Shown: positions 39,201 to 47,937 of the stretch, piece by piece
How the letters are laid out: each line of letters starts with the position of its first letter
Position numbering within the stretch: the stretch's first letter is position 1
From: a virus
Lineage: Duplodnaviria > Caudoviricetes
Direction: 5' to 3' (one strand)
Length of the DNA stretch: 59,807 nucleotides
Virus record (IMG/VR): IMGVR_UViG_3300028883_000009
Span: 1-59,807 of that record
Translations under genes and position numbers: made by a program
The notes under the pieces: model-generated
Seen by the model: only the letters and a program-made list of their open reading frames with translations
Database searches by the model: none
What the model was told of the DNA's origin: nothing

Positions 39201-42200
39201 TAATATTCATATTCCTGCTCTTGAATATCGGCTTCTAAATTATACCCATAAGTATCTTGATTGTCAATAGAAAAAACACCCTCTTTACCTTCTATTGACT
39301 CACGCATTTTCTCCATAAAGTCGTTTAGACTAGCAGACTCAGGTAGATACCCCGCCTCAACAAGAGCTTCACGCATATAATCAAGACTCATTCCCTTACC
39401 GTCTTTTCGCAAAACCCTTGTATATCCAATCTGTGTGTTTTTTTGCTTGTCTTTGGCTAAGTCCGATATGGTCGGCCCCCACTTCCCGTGAACTTGGTCA
39501 TAATCAAGACCACCCCTTTTGGCTATCCATGTGAGCATTTCATCTTTTGTGCTGTCTGGCTTGCGGCGTTCCTTTGCCCGTTTCTGCGCCTCTAAACTGC
39601 GTAATGCTTTTTGCTCTGCGACATCCTCTGTTACTTGCTCCCCTTGCTTATCAATTAACCTGTGTGCTTCCTCTATCGCTTTTTGTTTTGCACCCTTACC
39701 TTTAAAATAACTAGTTTCAATGCGGTTTTCACCATAGTTGAAAGCACGGATTCCCCGTTTTGTTTGCTGTGTAAAAAAGGCAACACCCTTGTATGGTTCT
39801 ACCTCTTTCATCCCAACATTTCTTGCTACGCCAATCTCACCACTTTTGCCAACACTTACGCCAGTTACCTTCCTTACACCCTCCCGGTCAAGGGGTTTGG
39901 CTGGCACCGCCCCTTCAGACGGTGCCTCGACTCCTTGTAAGCTTGGTACCTGAGCCGTTTGAGCCGTTTGTGACCCATTAGTCATCTCCGCAGGCTTCAC
40001 TTCGGGGGCGGGGGCGGGTTTGGGGGCGGGTTCAGTACCACTAGCACGTTGTACCGATTCTAAATATTCTTCCCTTGCACTTTCGTAATCGGGAAATTCT
40101 TTTATTCCAACAACTTCGTTTGAGTCTGCGTCAAATATCCTTATAACGCTACTTGTGTCTTTACGATTACCAGAAGCATAAAGTTCATAATCAACACCAT
40201 CTATCCTTTGTGCATCAACGACAACACGCTTTTTCCCCATTACTTTTTGTTCGCTACCAACTCTTTTCTTTTCACCCCCCACCGGCTTTTCAACGGGTGC
40301 TGAAACTTCGGGGGCGGGGGCGGGTTTGGGGGCGGGGGAAAGGTCATCCCTTGCTTTCTTATAATATCCAAGGGCGTTTTCAATGTCTTTTTGTTTAAGC
40401 GGGTCTTTCTCTTTGGCAAGATTATCTTCTTCTTCACGAATAAGCCTGTTGATGCGTGTTAATTCATCCTCTTTTTTTTCTGTTTTCTGCTCACCACCGA
40501 AAAAGGATTCAATCTCGTTCAGCTTTTCTTCTTCCGTCTGCTCCCCCACCGGCTTTTCAACGGGTGCTGAAACTTCCGCTTTGGGTGATGCTTCGGGGGC
40601 AACACCCCCCTCTCCAACGGGAGTAGCGGCACGGGGAGGCTCAATTTCCAGTTCTTTAGGGGTCGCTATGTCTGGCCGGTCTTTCTGTAATTCTGGCCTT
40701 TTCAGCTTTTCGGGTATGCCCTCTATGACCAATCTCTGCGTGTCTTCGTCAACTCCCGCTTCCTGCATGGCAACTTTCAGCTTTTCAACGCTTCTCTCAG
40801 GGGGCGTGTAGTCTTTGGATTGCGGGACTTTCCCCACATCTTCGGGTCTGATAGTCTTGGGTGCTTCTTTCTCCGCTTCTAAAATGGTGGAAACAATGTC
40901 GTCTTCAACGCCGTAGTCGGGCTTGTCAAGGTCGGCGGCTTCCTTTTCGATGATGTCACGGTTGATTTCGTCAGGGGTTTTGGCACGAACATTCTGTACA
41001 AGGTTTTGAAAATATGGGGAGTCTGTACCATATCGCCTACCAACCTCTCTTGCTATTTGCCCTTCAGTCATACCTTGATTGCGGAAACCTTCAGCAACCT
41101 GTTCAACGTCTTGCCTTACAAGACCCTTTTCTCTTACAGATAAGCGATACCACCAATCGGGGGGTTGCATATCTTTTATGTCTTTGCCCTTACCACCCAT
41201 AAGACCAAAGATACCGAGAACAGCAGCACCCTTGGCAATTTCACGGGCATCACCACCAGAAACAGCGGCATCTACACCACCAACCGCAGCAAGACCAGGG
41301 ATTCGTATAGGAAGGTTGAACTTGTTGGCAACGTGAAGAAGTTTCCCCAAAATAGTACGGTGTGCGATTGCCTTCGCCGTATCAGCAACACCACCACCCT
41401 CGCTCATTGCCTTTAACCCCGCATACATGGGGCCAGCACCAAACTCTATAACACCAGTTGGAGCACCACCAACAACAGCACCGACAATTTCCGTATCAAG
41501 TGCCCCCTTGTTCTTTATCATGCCCTCTATTGCTTCTGCATTATCGTTGTAATACTGCTCAACACGGTCAACAAGGTTCTTGGTCGGTTCCTCAAGCGGG
41601 TGTCCACTCCCCTCCATTGCCCTGTGTGCAAGTTTGGGGAAAGTGTTTGCAACACTACCCATACCCCTGTTGAGTTCGGCAACGCTTTGTAATCCATAAT
41701 CCTTTGCCTTGTCAACCACCGCTTCGGCAACGGGTTTGCTTGCCTGTGCCTGGTCTATATATGACTGCCCCCATCGTGAGTACCAAGAGGGTTCTTGTGG
41801 TTCGCCGTTTGAAATCTGTCGCCATGTGTCATATGACTCTAATACCTTTTTCATTTCCTCAAAGGGGAGGTTGTTTTCAATAGACCAATCAATAGCATCG
41901 GCAACGGGGGAACCTTGCCACATATTTTTTAGATGTTGTAAGCGTTTACTTTTAGGTATCTTGGCATATCTATAATAGTCATCCTTTGCATGTTCGGCGT
42001 TTTCCCATCTTCCACCTTGAGCATCCTTCTCAAGTTGAAGCATATATTGTTCGCCATCATTTGTGACAAACAAGTGCCTTTGGTATGGGGTGCCTCCGGT
42101 TTGGGAGGGGTGGTTAAAATCAAACCTCCCCGGTTTGCCACGGACAACAACCTCGGGACTATAGCCACCCTGTAGACGTGGGGTGACTAATTCTGATTCG

Positions 42201-42349
42201 GCAGACGCAACTTGACTGTCGTCTACAGGGTGCTCCTGTGACATTCTGAACTTGTCAAAAGCATCTGGTTCTTGGGTTTGGTAAAACCTGTCAAATGCAT
42301 CTGGTTCAGATTCTTGCTGAGATAATTCAAATTTCTCAAAAGCGTCCAT
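33296..42349 (-). CDS. Giant internal virion/ejection polyvalent protein (3017 aa) with an LPD23-like zincin domain
   Basis: Position after ejection genes; RFEIDD...LLHEIQHAIQEREGFARGG...YRRLAGEIEARD; additional inserted domains. Confidence 0.8.
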   Translation of the reverse strand: MDAFEKFELSQQESEPDAFDRFYQTQEPDAFDKFRMSQEHPVDDSQVASAESELVTPRLQGGYSPEVVVRGKPGRFDFNHPSQTGGTPYQRHLFVTNDGEQYMLQLEKDAQGGRWENAEHAKDDYYRYAKIPKSKRLQHLKNMWQGSPVADAIDWSIENNLPFEEMKKVLESYDTWRQISNGEPQEPSWYSRWGQSYIDQAQASKPVAEAVVDKAKDYGLQSVAELNRGMGSVANTFPKLAHRAMEGSGHPLEEPTKNLVDRVEQYYNDNAEAIEGMIKNKGALDTEIVGAVVGGAPTGVIEFGAGPMYAGLKAMSEGGGVADTAKAIAHRTILGKLLHVANKFNLPIRIPGLAAVGGVDAAVSGGDAREIAKGAAVLGIFGLMGGKGKDIKDMQPPDWWYRLSVREKGLVRQDVEQVAEGFRNQGMTEGQIAREVGRRYGTDSPYFQNLVQNVRAKTPDEINRDIIEKEAADLDKPDYGVEDDIVSTILEAEKEAPKTIRPEDVGKVPQSKDYTPPERSVEKLKVAMQEAGVDEDTQRLVIEGIPEKLKRPELQKDRPDIATPKELEIEPPRAATPVGEGGVAPEASPKAEVSAPVEKPVGEQTEEEKLNEIESFFGGEQKTEKKEDELTRINRLIREEEDNLAKEKDPLKQKDIENALGYYKKARDDLSPAPKPAPAPEVSAPVEKPVGGEKKRVGSEQKVMGKKRVVVDAQRIDGVDYELYASGNRKDTSSVIRIFDADSNEVVGIKEFPDYESAREEYLESVQRASGTEPAPKPAPAPEVKPAEMTNGSQTAQTAQVPSLQGVEAPSEGAVPAKPLDREGVRKVTGVSVGKSGEIGVARNVGMKEVEPYKGVAFFTQQTKRGIRAFNYGENRIETSYFKGKGAKQKAIEEAHRLIDKQGEQVTEDVAEQKALRSLEAQKRAKERRKPDSTKDEMLTWIAKRGGLDYDQVHGKWGPTISDLAKDKQKNTQIGYTRVLRKDGKGMSLDYMREALVEAGYLPESASLNDFMEKMRESIEGKEGVFSIDNQDTYGYNLEADIQEQEYEYYVKQELINEGQINATAVDETARTHEKSVQSEVNAESVANGILTEEEVSETVNELGDWLNDQAEELDEFRSDETKWKREAEAIEKESQGEPLTLKQQSAKKQKKKPTQQDLLTVQSEMPEEGITGGEDFEFEKPVPKEQLSIDTKEKPIGMSYDKAVSENMKHMGTDISEWSAIPVSGETAVETDGGGMTMMPSFDFPSGYKNAPSLFQGEETCQLCGHRIKKYYWLQNDNKKWTMAVGSECVTHFAEGKSGERIAKEQIWDINRNLLTQVISARKQLWNAYSKRMHVGYGRYETAITDKNAKQLYDKLAEITKGIVAEEQKRLDGVVIREASSNAAITRRVKKYQDDISSDLDAAADLIERKTGQKPIFDELQVKATPNIPATTSRIASNFDKLKDAVIDYSKDKGGLTIKYVDEQGKRIEPPSSKPEKAHINDAGNVVITDIGGITKREWKKIATRMKRKGFGGEDSGFRWEKFFKETNDHRKNGWGDEHGETLKEVLELGEHQKSDTQRQVDSIQRKAARYFGLTKSFESAGYITPRGTMLDLSGKNQGSGTSRRSLDHREVSSPTDLHMYEFMQLGNIRIDGNSGSIHLLNAPNQAQRRVLQQLISSLNGEVYLDLSSGIQKEKDDYMYAANTESHQYDIGTSPRKILNDIDNYYKERPHIGLSMDVEGAPLQKTLEELGDDLNTLARHVYESGKTKYSEWYKAMHEALGKAWERVRRIARQLYLSAKNAISNEHGMLVGGKATTFEEAKKGGKVFEGKYDKKERFEIDDSKAKIADEAKEYLDKSGEVILDSSKTGVKLKHILNHPELYKQYPEAAEIPVGIKIRDEIDKFFGKERGGEYNGKTIKVVAKNYDELRTILLHEIQHAIQEREGFARGGSPNPKIYFKDLVKQKTLKDIKRNGLREARKRINNAETQKEYEEMQRQYDALVQTVKDLENDPDIMDPYSYYRRLAGEIEARDTAARADMTAEERAKTPPYSSENIPVEDAIVTYEGGTSFSTKEAVDSPQNNAFLELMAKLEAEAVKKGVEFKEHMKNHLLRKAQYKDNVGLATANANKAVEAYREMRNMENVRFIPDKGGSPYQKARFKAVRIDKKRGKVESLGVKDDTIEGARKKLIQQLKDDSTPKEEVRETLNRIIPDEETLLDRLKATFSVEAPFRKLDAEDTGFTLKTMVSKKQLADERALDAVKEYSKLPKDDQIALLFVASNSQKFKKKHPGKFDQLQEQAKPIRAYFDQMGALLKEWEVLENLWPWSHIRRIEQTIEQHKERLRDEKLLTVDKNKLYSQISKLKGDIVRLRQLEYAHIPLGAIFDELKRTDPKAYKQVLLQGGFSQIKGRETIDPYDLVETISKATGKTLEEAEQRFNIIDSVGYVTRYVFRQKAFKDIKDAMIKDGLVEKIKENPTHPDWVEAGDEFPTLRKYRIQPVAYKYLQDYMSMLKGEENVIGVFMSTAKMFQFYNPVIMPMYDVVQGVMIRGLRTLNPYKVGKDIYRGIKTVNQRGKRYYEAIENGLLSTPYDNPLNHFKNQLADVKESKNLVGVIKNHVGKWYNPTNLIKDVYNLSWHFAWEGDKYVRFTTYEYLRDKGYSARDAAQVAAQAHADYASVPPKTRKILNKLFFTPTFQICMGKFYGKMLESAFKLPKTLGKAFTGRMTNVDRKHLAYAGALLTTAGINIGVDLLMKMNGWDDDQWGRKYVKRVQTDDGEKEVVVTFSHPANLPLKYYYWFLKKRDDMSIGEQEFKGLSYLMHPVYKIAINIAKNERTGGGQITNPFNPLPIQLLDFSRYAFGEIVKITKPLVDEPETTQKEAAKALYKNSDKIWDFAIWPFVFMYQRNPVERRVIYKLQSLKSDFTKSLRASSPKDLDRYIELSSEFKTRVENLKKQVENKLSEEEMKHAFDLAEQYIKSKDDAASVSFEKIKGGEKESFYELLKESQKKKKKSRGRVRPRARPKRPRYGYRGNTLLGNIA

Positions 42350-42350
42350 A

Positions 42351-43589
42351 TTACCTGCGCTGTTTTAATTGTTTGTATATTTGCTGAACCTGCTTCATAA
42401 GAGCGGGGTTTTTGCTGAGTTGTGCAATTATGGCGTTGGTATCCCCACCCGCCTTCTCAACGGCAATTATCTGCTGTGCCATTTCCTCTGGCTTTTTCAG
42501 TGCCGTCTGGTCAATGCCTGCCGGTCTTTGCTGTGCCATTTGGTTTTGCACGGGTGCTGTCGTGGTTGTGGTAGTTGTACCCTTCTGTATCGGGTCAATC
42601 ATCCTTTTCCCGGTGGGGGGTATTGCCCTGTTTTGTGGCGGTTGCCCTCCACCTAAAAGGGTTCTCCCTGCCGTCTTCACGCTGTTTATCGGATGTGCAA
42701 GCATCTGCCCTGCCGTGCCTAGTATACTGCTCCCAACCCCAGGGGGTGTCTTTGCTGCGGGTACTGGTGTTTTTTGGGGTGCGCCCGGTCGTGGCGGTTT
42801 CTTAATCGGCAGGTCTGCCGGGGTAATAACAACCCCTTTGCTCTTACCGTACTCTATAAGCTGTTGCGCCTGCTGTGGGGTGTATCCTCCCTTTGGGGGT
42901 TCCCCTGCGTATTCCGTTTCAATACCTTTTATAGCATTGAAATGCCCGATTATTGCTTGTATTTCTTTTATGGATGCGGGTTTGGGGTTGTCCTTCTTCT
43001 CCGGTTTCAGACTTGCCTTGTAATCTTCCTTCTCTTTGAAGGTTTTTAAATCCCTTTCCTCTTTGGCAAGTTCACCCTGCTCGTCTGTGTACCCCTCCAT
43101 CTTGCCGAGTTGTGTGCTGAGATAGGTGTTCAGACTTGTAATAGCTGAAAGGTCGTCAAGGTTCGGGTTCTGCTTCTTCATTCCACCGATAAGTGTTTCA
43201 ATCGCACCCGTGTAGTCAAGACCAGTTGAACCTGTGAGTGCTTCCTTCAAGTCGGGATGAATGTTCAAACCCGCCTTCTCAAGCGATTCGGGGGATATTG
43301 ACATGAACTTGGAAATGTTCTCAGACAGTTGGCTTTTTGCCTTGGCAATGGCTTCCTGTCGCTTGTTGTTGGCGGTCAGGCGGTTTTGCGATGCCTTGTC
43401 TATCATGTTCATTCTCTGCTTCTGTATGGCGGCTTTATCCTCCATACCTTGCAGGTCTTTCCAACCCTGTATCTTCTGCCTTTCCCGTTCCGCTTTTGCC
43501 TTTTCCTCTTGGTCGAGAAGGCGGCTCCGACTGAAATGGTCGCCAGCCCCCTTGAGAAAACCACCTAATATCTTTCTTCCACTTCCCAT
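42351..43589 (-). CDS. Putative ejection/internal virion protein
   Basis: Gly-rich amphipathic N-terminus, coiled coils, podovirus synteny. Confidence 0.65.
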   Translation of the reverse strand: MGSGRKILGGFLKGAGDHFSRSRLLDQEEKAKAERERQKIQGWKDLQGMEDKAAIQKQRMNMIDKASQNRLTANNKRQEAIAKAKSQLSENISKFMSISPESLEKAGLNIHPDLKEALTGSTGLDYTGAIETLIGGMKKQNPNLDDLSAITSLNTYLSTQLGKMEGYTDEQGELAKEERDLKTFKEKEDYKASLKPEKKDNPKPASIKEIQAIIGHFNAIKGIETEYAGEPPKGGYTPQQAQQLIEYGKSKGVVITPADLPIKKPPRPGAPQKTPVPAAKTPPGVGSSILGTAGQMLAHPINSVKTAGRTLLGGGQPPQNRAIPPTGKRMIDPIQKGTTTTTTTAPVQNQMAQQRPAGIDQTALKKPEEMAQQIIAVEKAGGDTNAIIAQLSKNPALMKQVQQIYKQLKQRR

Positions 43590-43593
43590 TTAT

Positions 43594-45627
43594 TTATCCC
43601 CCAAACATTGCACCACCGATGGTGCTTGCCAACCAACTTGTGCCACCTGTAATCATGTCGATAATACCGGCAAAGGTCTGTGCGTCCATCTGCGTTTCCC
43701 ATTGCTCCATCGTGTCATCCCATTTTTCCTGATCCCATCCCATCTGCTGTTTGAACATCTCAAACTGCTGTGTCAGTCCCATTTCCTCAAGTGCGGCATC
43801 AAGGGAAACCTCACCGGCCTTTATCGCAAGTGCCTTGTCGTTCAGTTCCGTGTTCGCTTGCTCGTTGCTCATGTTCCTGTCGCCGATGATGTAGTCAAGC
43901 ACATTCTGATTCGCCGCAACGCTCGTTTCGTCTGCTCCCTGTGCAAGTGCCACGCCGGTCTGCCCTGCGTCTATCCTCTGCCCCTGCTGTGTGTTGTAGA
44001 AGTCTGAAGCCTGTTCGGTCTGAGACTTGGCAAGGTCTGCCAGAAGTCCCTGCTTATTGGCAAGCGTTTGACCAACTGCACCACTTACATCTCTACTGAA
44101 ATTCGTGCCGCCAAGACCACGGGAGTTTGAATATTCCATCTTTAAATCCCGCATCATTTCGTCCATTTCCCTGTCCATCAACTCGCTTTGGGCGTTGTAG
44201 TAGTTGGCATTTGGGCCGGTCAACTCACCGCTTACCGCCTGATTATACATATCATTAAGTCCGGTTCCGAGTGGTGTTTCTTCTGTGAGCACATCCACAA
44301 CATCACCCATTGTGCCGATATTACCATCTGTTACCCCTTCGGAATCGCCTGATTCGGTAAGGTTGGTGACAGAACTGTATTCTGCCGGTTGCAGGGCATC
44401 GTCTGCTTCAGAACCAGTAAATACCGTACCCCCTCCCGGTGTGGTAGCTGTTTCGCCGGGAGAACCACCTTCTGTCGTTTGGGTGTTACCGTCTGTGTTA
44501 ACGGTGCCGTCTGCGTTTGTCGTTTCCCCCTCGCCGTTCATAATATCGGTCATTATGTTGTGAATATCGGTCTGCGTTTCGTCAATAGCACCCCCGGGGG
44601 TGGTCACATCATAGGTATTGCCCTCTTGACCGGGGGGCGGGTTTTCGGTTGGCAACATATTGTCTTCTGCACCTGTCCCTGTTCCCGTACCTGTCCCTGT
44701 CCCTGTATCGCTAGTCTGACCATATGCCTCGGCAGCGTCATAATCCCAAAACGGGTCTTTGCCACGCATGAAAGCAGCATAATCCTCTCCGTGTTGCAAG
44801 GCACCGCCACCAAGTTCATTCAATCCTTCAAAGAAATTACCAATCCCTTGCCCGACACCACCAAGAAAACCATACTGGTCTATTGCGTTCTGATAATTAT
44901 CTCTCGCCTGCTGTTCCCACGTATTCCACGCATCTTCACCAACCGCCCCCGCTTCTGTGTAGAACCTGCCCATATTATCAAGGTTCTGGTCAAAGTTCGC
45001 CTGCGTAGCATCTTGGTCGCCCCATACAAACCAGTCCTGATTAAAACCGGCGTTAGGGTCGGCATAACCATAATCGTTTGTATATTGGTCTTGCGTTCCC
45101 ACACCACCGTTAAGTTGTTCCTGGTCTTGCAACATTTGATCGGAAACACTATTAGGGGTATATCCCTTGTCTGCAACACGGTCTTGTGCGCCGGGAGTAA
45201 CCTGCTGTACACCCTGCCCGTAATTACCAACCGCAACACCACCACCTGCGCCGGGGGAAGTAACTATCTGATCAAAACCCCCACCACCTGTCGGGCCACC
45301 ATATGGGGATGCACCACCTCCACCTGTCGGCATTGCCTGTTGTTCACCGGGTTGCGGGTTCATGCCACCACCGGGTTGCTGTGGAGGGTTCGGTGTGCCG
45401 GGAGGGAAAACTGGTTTTGCCTGCGTGGCCTGTCCACCCGGTTGTGAAGTTACCCCGCCAGGTTGCTGTGGGGGACGTGCCATGTCGGGAAATGCCGGTT
45501 TGGGGATTTGCATCTCTCCACTCATAATTTGACCCATTACCTGTTTGCCCTGTTCGCTGTTTGGGTCAATACCCTGCTGTTGTAAATATTTTGTTGCTTC
45601 AAGCACTCTAGGGTCTACAAGACTCAT
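43594..45627 (-). CDS. Putative ejection/DNA-transfer protein
   Basis: Low-complexity G/Q/P/T regions, hydrophobic Gly-rich C-terminus. Confidence 0.65.
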   Translation of the reverse strand: MSLVDPRVLEATKYLQQQGIDPNSEQGKQVMGQIMSGEMQIPKPAFPDMARPPQQPGGVTSQPGGQATQAKPVFPPGTPNPPQQPGGGMNPQPGEQQAMPTGGGGASPYGGPTGGGGFDQIVTSPGAGGGVAVGNYGQGVQQVTPGAQDRVADKGYTPNSVSDQMLQDQEQLNGGVGTQDQYTNDYGYADPNAGFNQDWFVWGDQDATQANFDQNLDNMGRFYTEAGAVGEDAWNTWEQQARDNYQNAIDQYGFLGGVGQGIGNFFEGLNELGGGALQHGEDYAAFMRGKDPFWDYDAAEAYGQTSDTGTGTGTGTGTGAEDNMLPTENPPPGQEGNTYDVTTPGGAIDETQTDIHNIMTDIMNGEGETTNADGTVNTDGNTQTTEGGSPGETATTPGGGTVFTGSEADDALQPAEYSSVTNLTESGDSEGVTDGNIGTMGDVVDVLTEETPLGTGLNDMYNQAVSGELTGPNANYYNAQSELMDREMDEMMRDLKMEYSNSRGLGGTNFSRDVSGAVGQTLANKQGLLADLAKSQTEQASDFYNTQQGQRIDAGQTGVALAQGADETSVAANQNVLDYIIGDRNMSNEQANTELNDKALAIKAGEVSLDAALEEMGLTQQFEMFKQQMGWDQEKWDDTMEQWETQMDAQTFAGIIDMITGGTSWLASTIGGAMFGG

Positions 45628-46163
45628 GTTTCTGCCCCCCCACTGTCAAGAAGTCCACGCCTGTTCAAAAACCTCTCCCCCGCTTTCAGGGCGTAAGGCA
45701 TAAGCATTAACCCAACCAACCCACTCAACCAACTTTGCTTGAGTGCCGTTGCGTTCTGGTTCATCTCAACCTGCGCTTGTGAAGGGGTGGGAACAACGGC
45801 GTGCATGAATTCTTCCCATTCGGGTTCCTTGCCTTTAAGCCCCTGGTCAACGAGATAGGCAACGCCACCGCCGACTGGCCCGAAATAGGCGTTTGCCGAC
45901 ATTTCATCGGGAACGGCACTTCCTGTTTTGGTCATGCGCTGATATTTCAGTTCTTCTTCTGCAAGTTTCCTCTGCGCCCGTTCCCCTTCGCTTTCATCGT
46001 CCATCAAAGAAGCACCAATCCCGGCAACCCCGCTTGCAACACTTCCAATAGGGTCGCCACCCATGAAAGACGCTATCATCTGGTCGGATATACCGGGTTT
46101 GCTGCTGCTCTGAACGGGTTGCCCGTTTCTCGTCCACGGGTCTGTATAACCCCATCGTGCCAT
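45624..46163 (-). CDS. Putative small ejection protein
   Basis: IGSVASGVAGIGASL-type segment; synteny. Confidence 0.55.
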   Translation of the reverse strand: MARWGYTDPWTRNGQPVQSSSKPGISDQMIASFMGGDPIGSVASGVAGIGASLMDDESEGERAQRKLAEEELKYQRMTKTGSAVPDEMSANAYFGPVGGGVAYLVDQGLKGKEPEWEEFMHAVVPTPSQAQVEMNQNATALKQSWLSGLVGLMLMPYALKAGERFLNRRGLLDSGGAET

Positions 46164-46176
46164 CGTACCTACCCCC

Positions 46177-47937
46177 TTATCTGTATGTATGCGGTTTGTA
46201 AAGCATACTTAACTTGTAAATAGTGAATGGTTTTGTGGAGTTCTCCCGCACCATTACGGCAGAGTATTTTCCACGTTCATCTATATCAATCTCGCCTGTT
46301 CCATCAGCGGCAAGCGTTATTTCCCCTTGATATTTCCAATCGGCCCCGGCGTCAGGTGCGTCACAGAAACAGGTGTATATCTTGTACGGACCGGGGTTTT
46401 GCGTGTAATTTGCCTGCATTAAAACCTTGAATCCCCTGTCGTGCCGGGTCGGGTCGCCCATAGGGTCAAGGCGGGTCTGAACAATGCTTTCAATCGGGTC
46501 ATCGTCATCGTCTGCAAAATGGTTCTGTATGATGAGTTTTGACGTGCCGAGTTTGAGTATCGGGTCTGAAATTATATCTTCTTCGGCAACACTTAAAGCC
46601 TTGTGCTTGTTCGGAACGCCAACCCAAGACTGCGCCGCCGTTCCCGGCACCCTTGTGTTGCCGAGAATCTTCACCGTGTCCGAAAACTGGTGCATTTCCC
46701 ATGCTCCTGTTGTCGGGATGTATTTAAAAAGATATTCCCCTGTCGTAAAATATATATGCCCGTTGTATATGTTCTCTGCCGTGGCAACGTCCCACGTTCC
46801 AGGGTCGGCAGAGGCAAACAGGTCATGTATCGGTTCGCTTATCCATGTTTCTTCAGGGTCTAGTATTCTGCCCTTATCGTTAAAGAAAAACTGCTTTGCG
46901 CCACTCATACCGCCGTGATTTGACGGGCCGACCGTATCTTTCACACGGGCAAAGTTGCTGAAGGGGGCAATCGCCCACAACTGGTTTTCCTTGTCGTTCC
47001 CGCCTTTTCCGAGATAGAGAATATCGTTTCTCTTTTTAAGACCCGTAATAACAAGCCCGTCTTCCGGTCTTCGCTGGTTCCCTGCAACGGAACTGCCAAC
47101 AGCCGTAAAGTCGGTTGCATCGTCAACGTCTGTCCACATCACACCGTATGAATCTGCCGTTCCATACCCGTCATCTGCGATATAAGCAAGCCATATCCGG
47201 TCATAAAAAGAGGCGAGGTATTTCCCGATAGGCCCGTCTGTAACCGCCGTGTTGCCGCCTATTGTGCAGATATTGTTTGTACCGGTAATGTCGAGGTTTT
47301 CCGCTTCAAACGTGCCGGTCTGGTCTTTCACGTAAAGCGTACCGGCAGCGTCACCACCCGCCCACGTCCCGCTTGTTTTATTTACATATGTAACCGTTGC
47401 CGTTGCCCCGCCGGTTGCACCTGTTATATCATCTCCAACGGCAAGTTCCGTTGTGCCGCCACTTGTAAACGCTACGCTTCGCTCTGCACTCAACTGCGAG
47501 ATGGTCTGTGTCGAATGACTGTAATACTGAATAGGGTCTGAATTGTTGGACAGTACCGTGCATTGTCCAACCGTGCGGTCGTAATGGTCGGTAAACGTCC
47601 ATGTATTTGACTTGTGAAGGCTCGTTTTCTTGGATGTAATTGTCGGGGATGACTGCGTACTTTCTGTGTCCCACTCGTAAATCACACCGGAATCGTCAAC
47701 GGAGGATTTCCCGACACATACCAGCATGTACTGCGAGTTTCCCCTGTGCGCCGACAATATCTCATTACCGGCTAAATAGTCCTCAAAGTCCTTTATCGTG
47801 GTCGTTCCCAACCGCTTGCGCCACACACCGTTATCAAACCATATATTCACCGCATACGGCGTTTCGTGCGGTTGCAGTTCATGCCACGGTTTAACGCTGT
47901 TAAGTGTAGTTGCAAGGGGATAGTGATATAGTTCCAT
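46177..47937 (-). CDS. Tail nozzle/stabilisation protein (P22 gp10-like beta-propeller)
   Basis: N-terminal N.WFDNG..RKRLG motif, beta-rich, size and synteny. Confidence 0.75.
   Translation of the reverse strand: MELYHYPLATTLNSVKPWHELQPHETPYAVNIWFDNGVWRKRLGTTTIKDFEDYLAGNEILSAHRGNSQYMLVCVGKSSVDDSGVIYEWDTESTQSSPTITSKKTSLHKSNTWTFTDHYDRTVGQCTVLSNNSDPIQYYSHSTQTISQLSAERSVAFTSGGTTELAVGDDITGATGGATATVTYVNKTSGTWAGGDAAGTLYVKDQTGTFEAENLDITGTNNICTIGGNTAVTDGPIGKYLASFYDRIWLAYIADDGYGTADSYGVMWTDVDDATDFTAVGSSVAGNQRRPEDGLVITGLKKRNDILYLGKGGNDKENQLWAIAPFSNFARVKDTVGPSNHGGMSGAKQFFFNDKGRILDPEETWISEPIHDLFASADPGTWDVATAENIYNGHIYFTTGEYLFKYIPTTGAWEMHQFSDTVKILGNTRVPGTAAQSWVGVPNKHKALSVAEEDIISDPILKLGTSKLIIQNHFADDDDDPIESIVQTRLDPMGDPTRHDRGFKVLMQANYTQNPGPYKIYTCFCDAPDAGADWKYQGEITLAADGTGEIDIDERGKYSAVMVRENSTKPFTIYKLSMLYKPHTYR

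Noticed and set aside
44389-45447. Long plus-strand ORF (352 aa) and similar antisense ORFs (42412-43023, 43261-44007, 14091-14792)
   Set aside because: Shadows of low-complexity or repetitive genes on the opposite strand, with no recognisable motifs.
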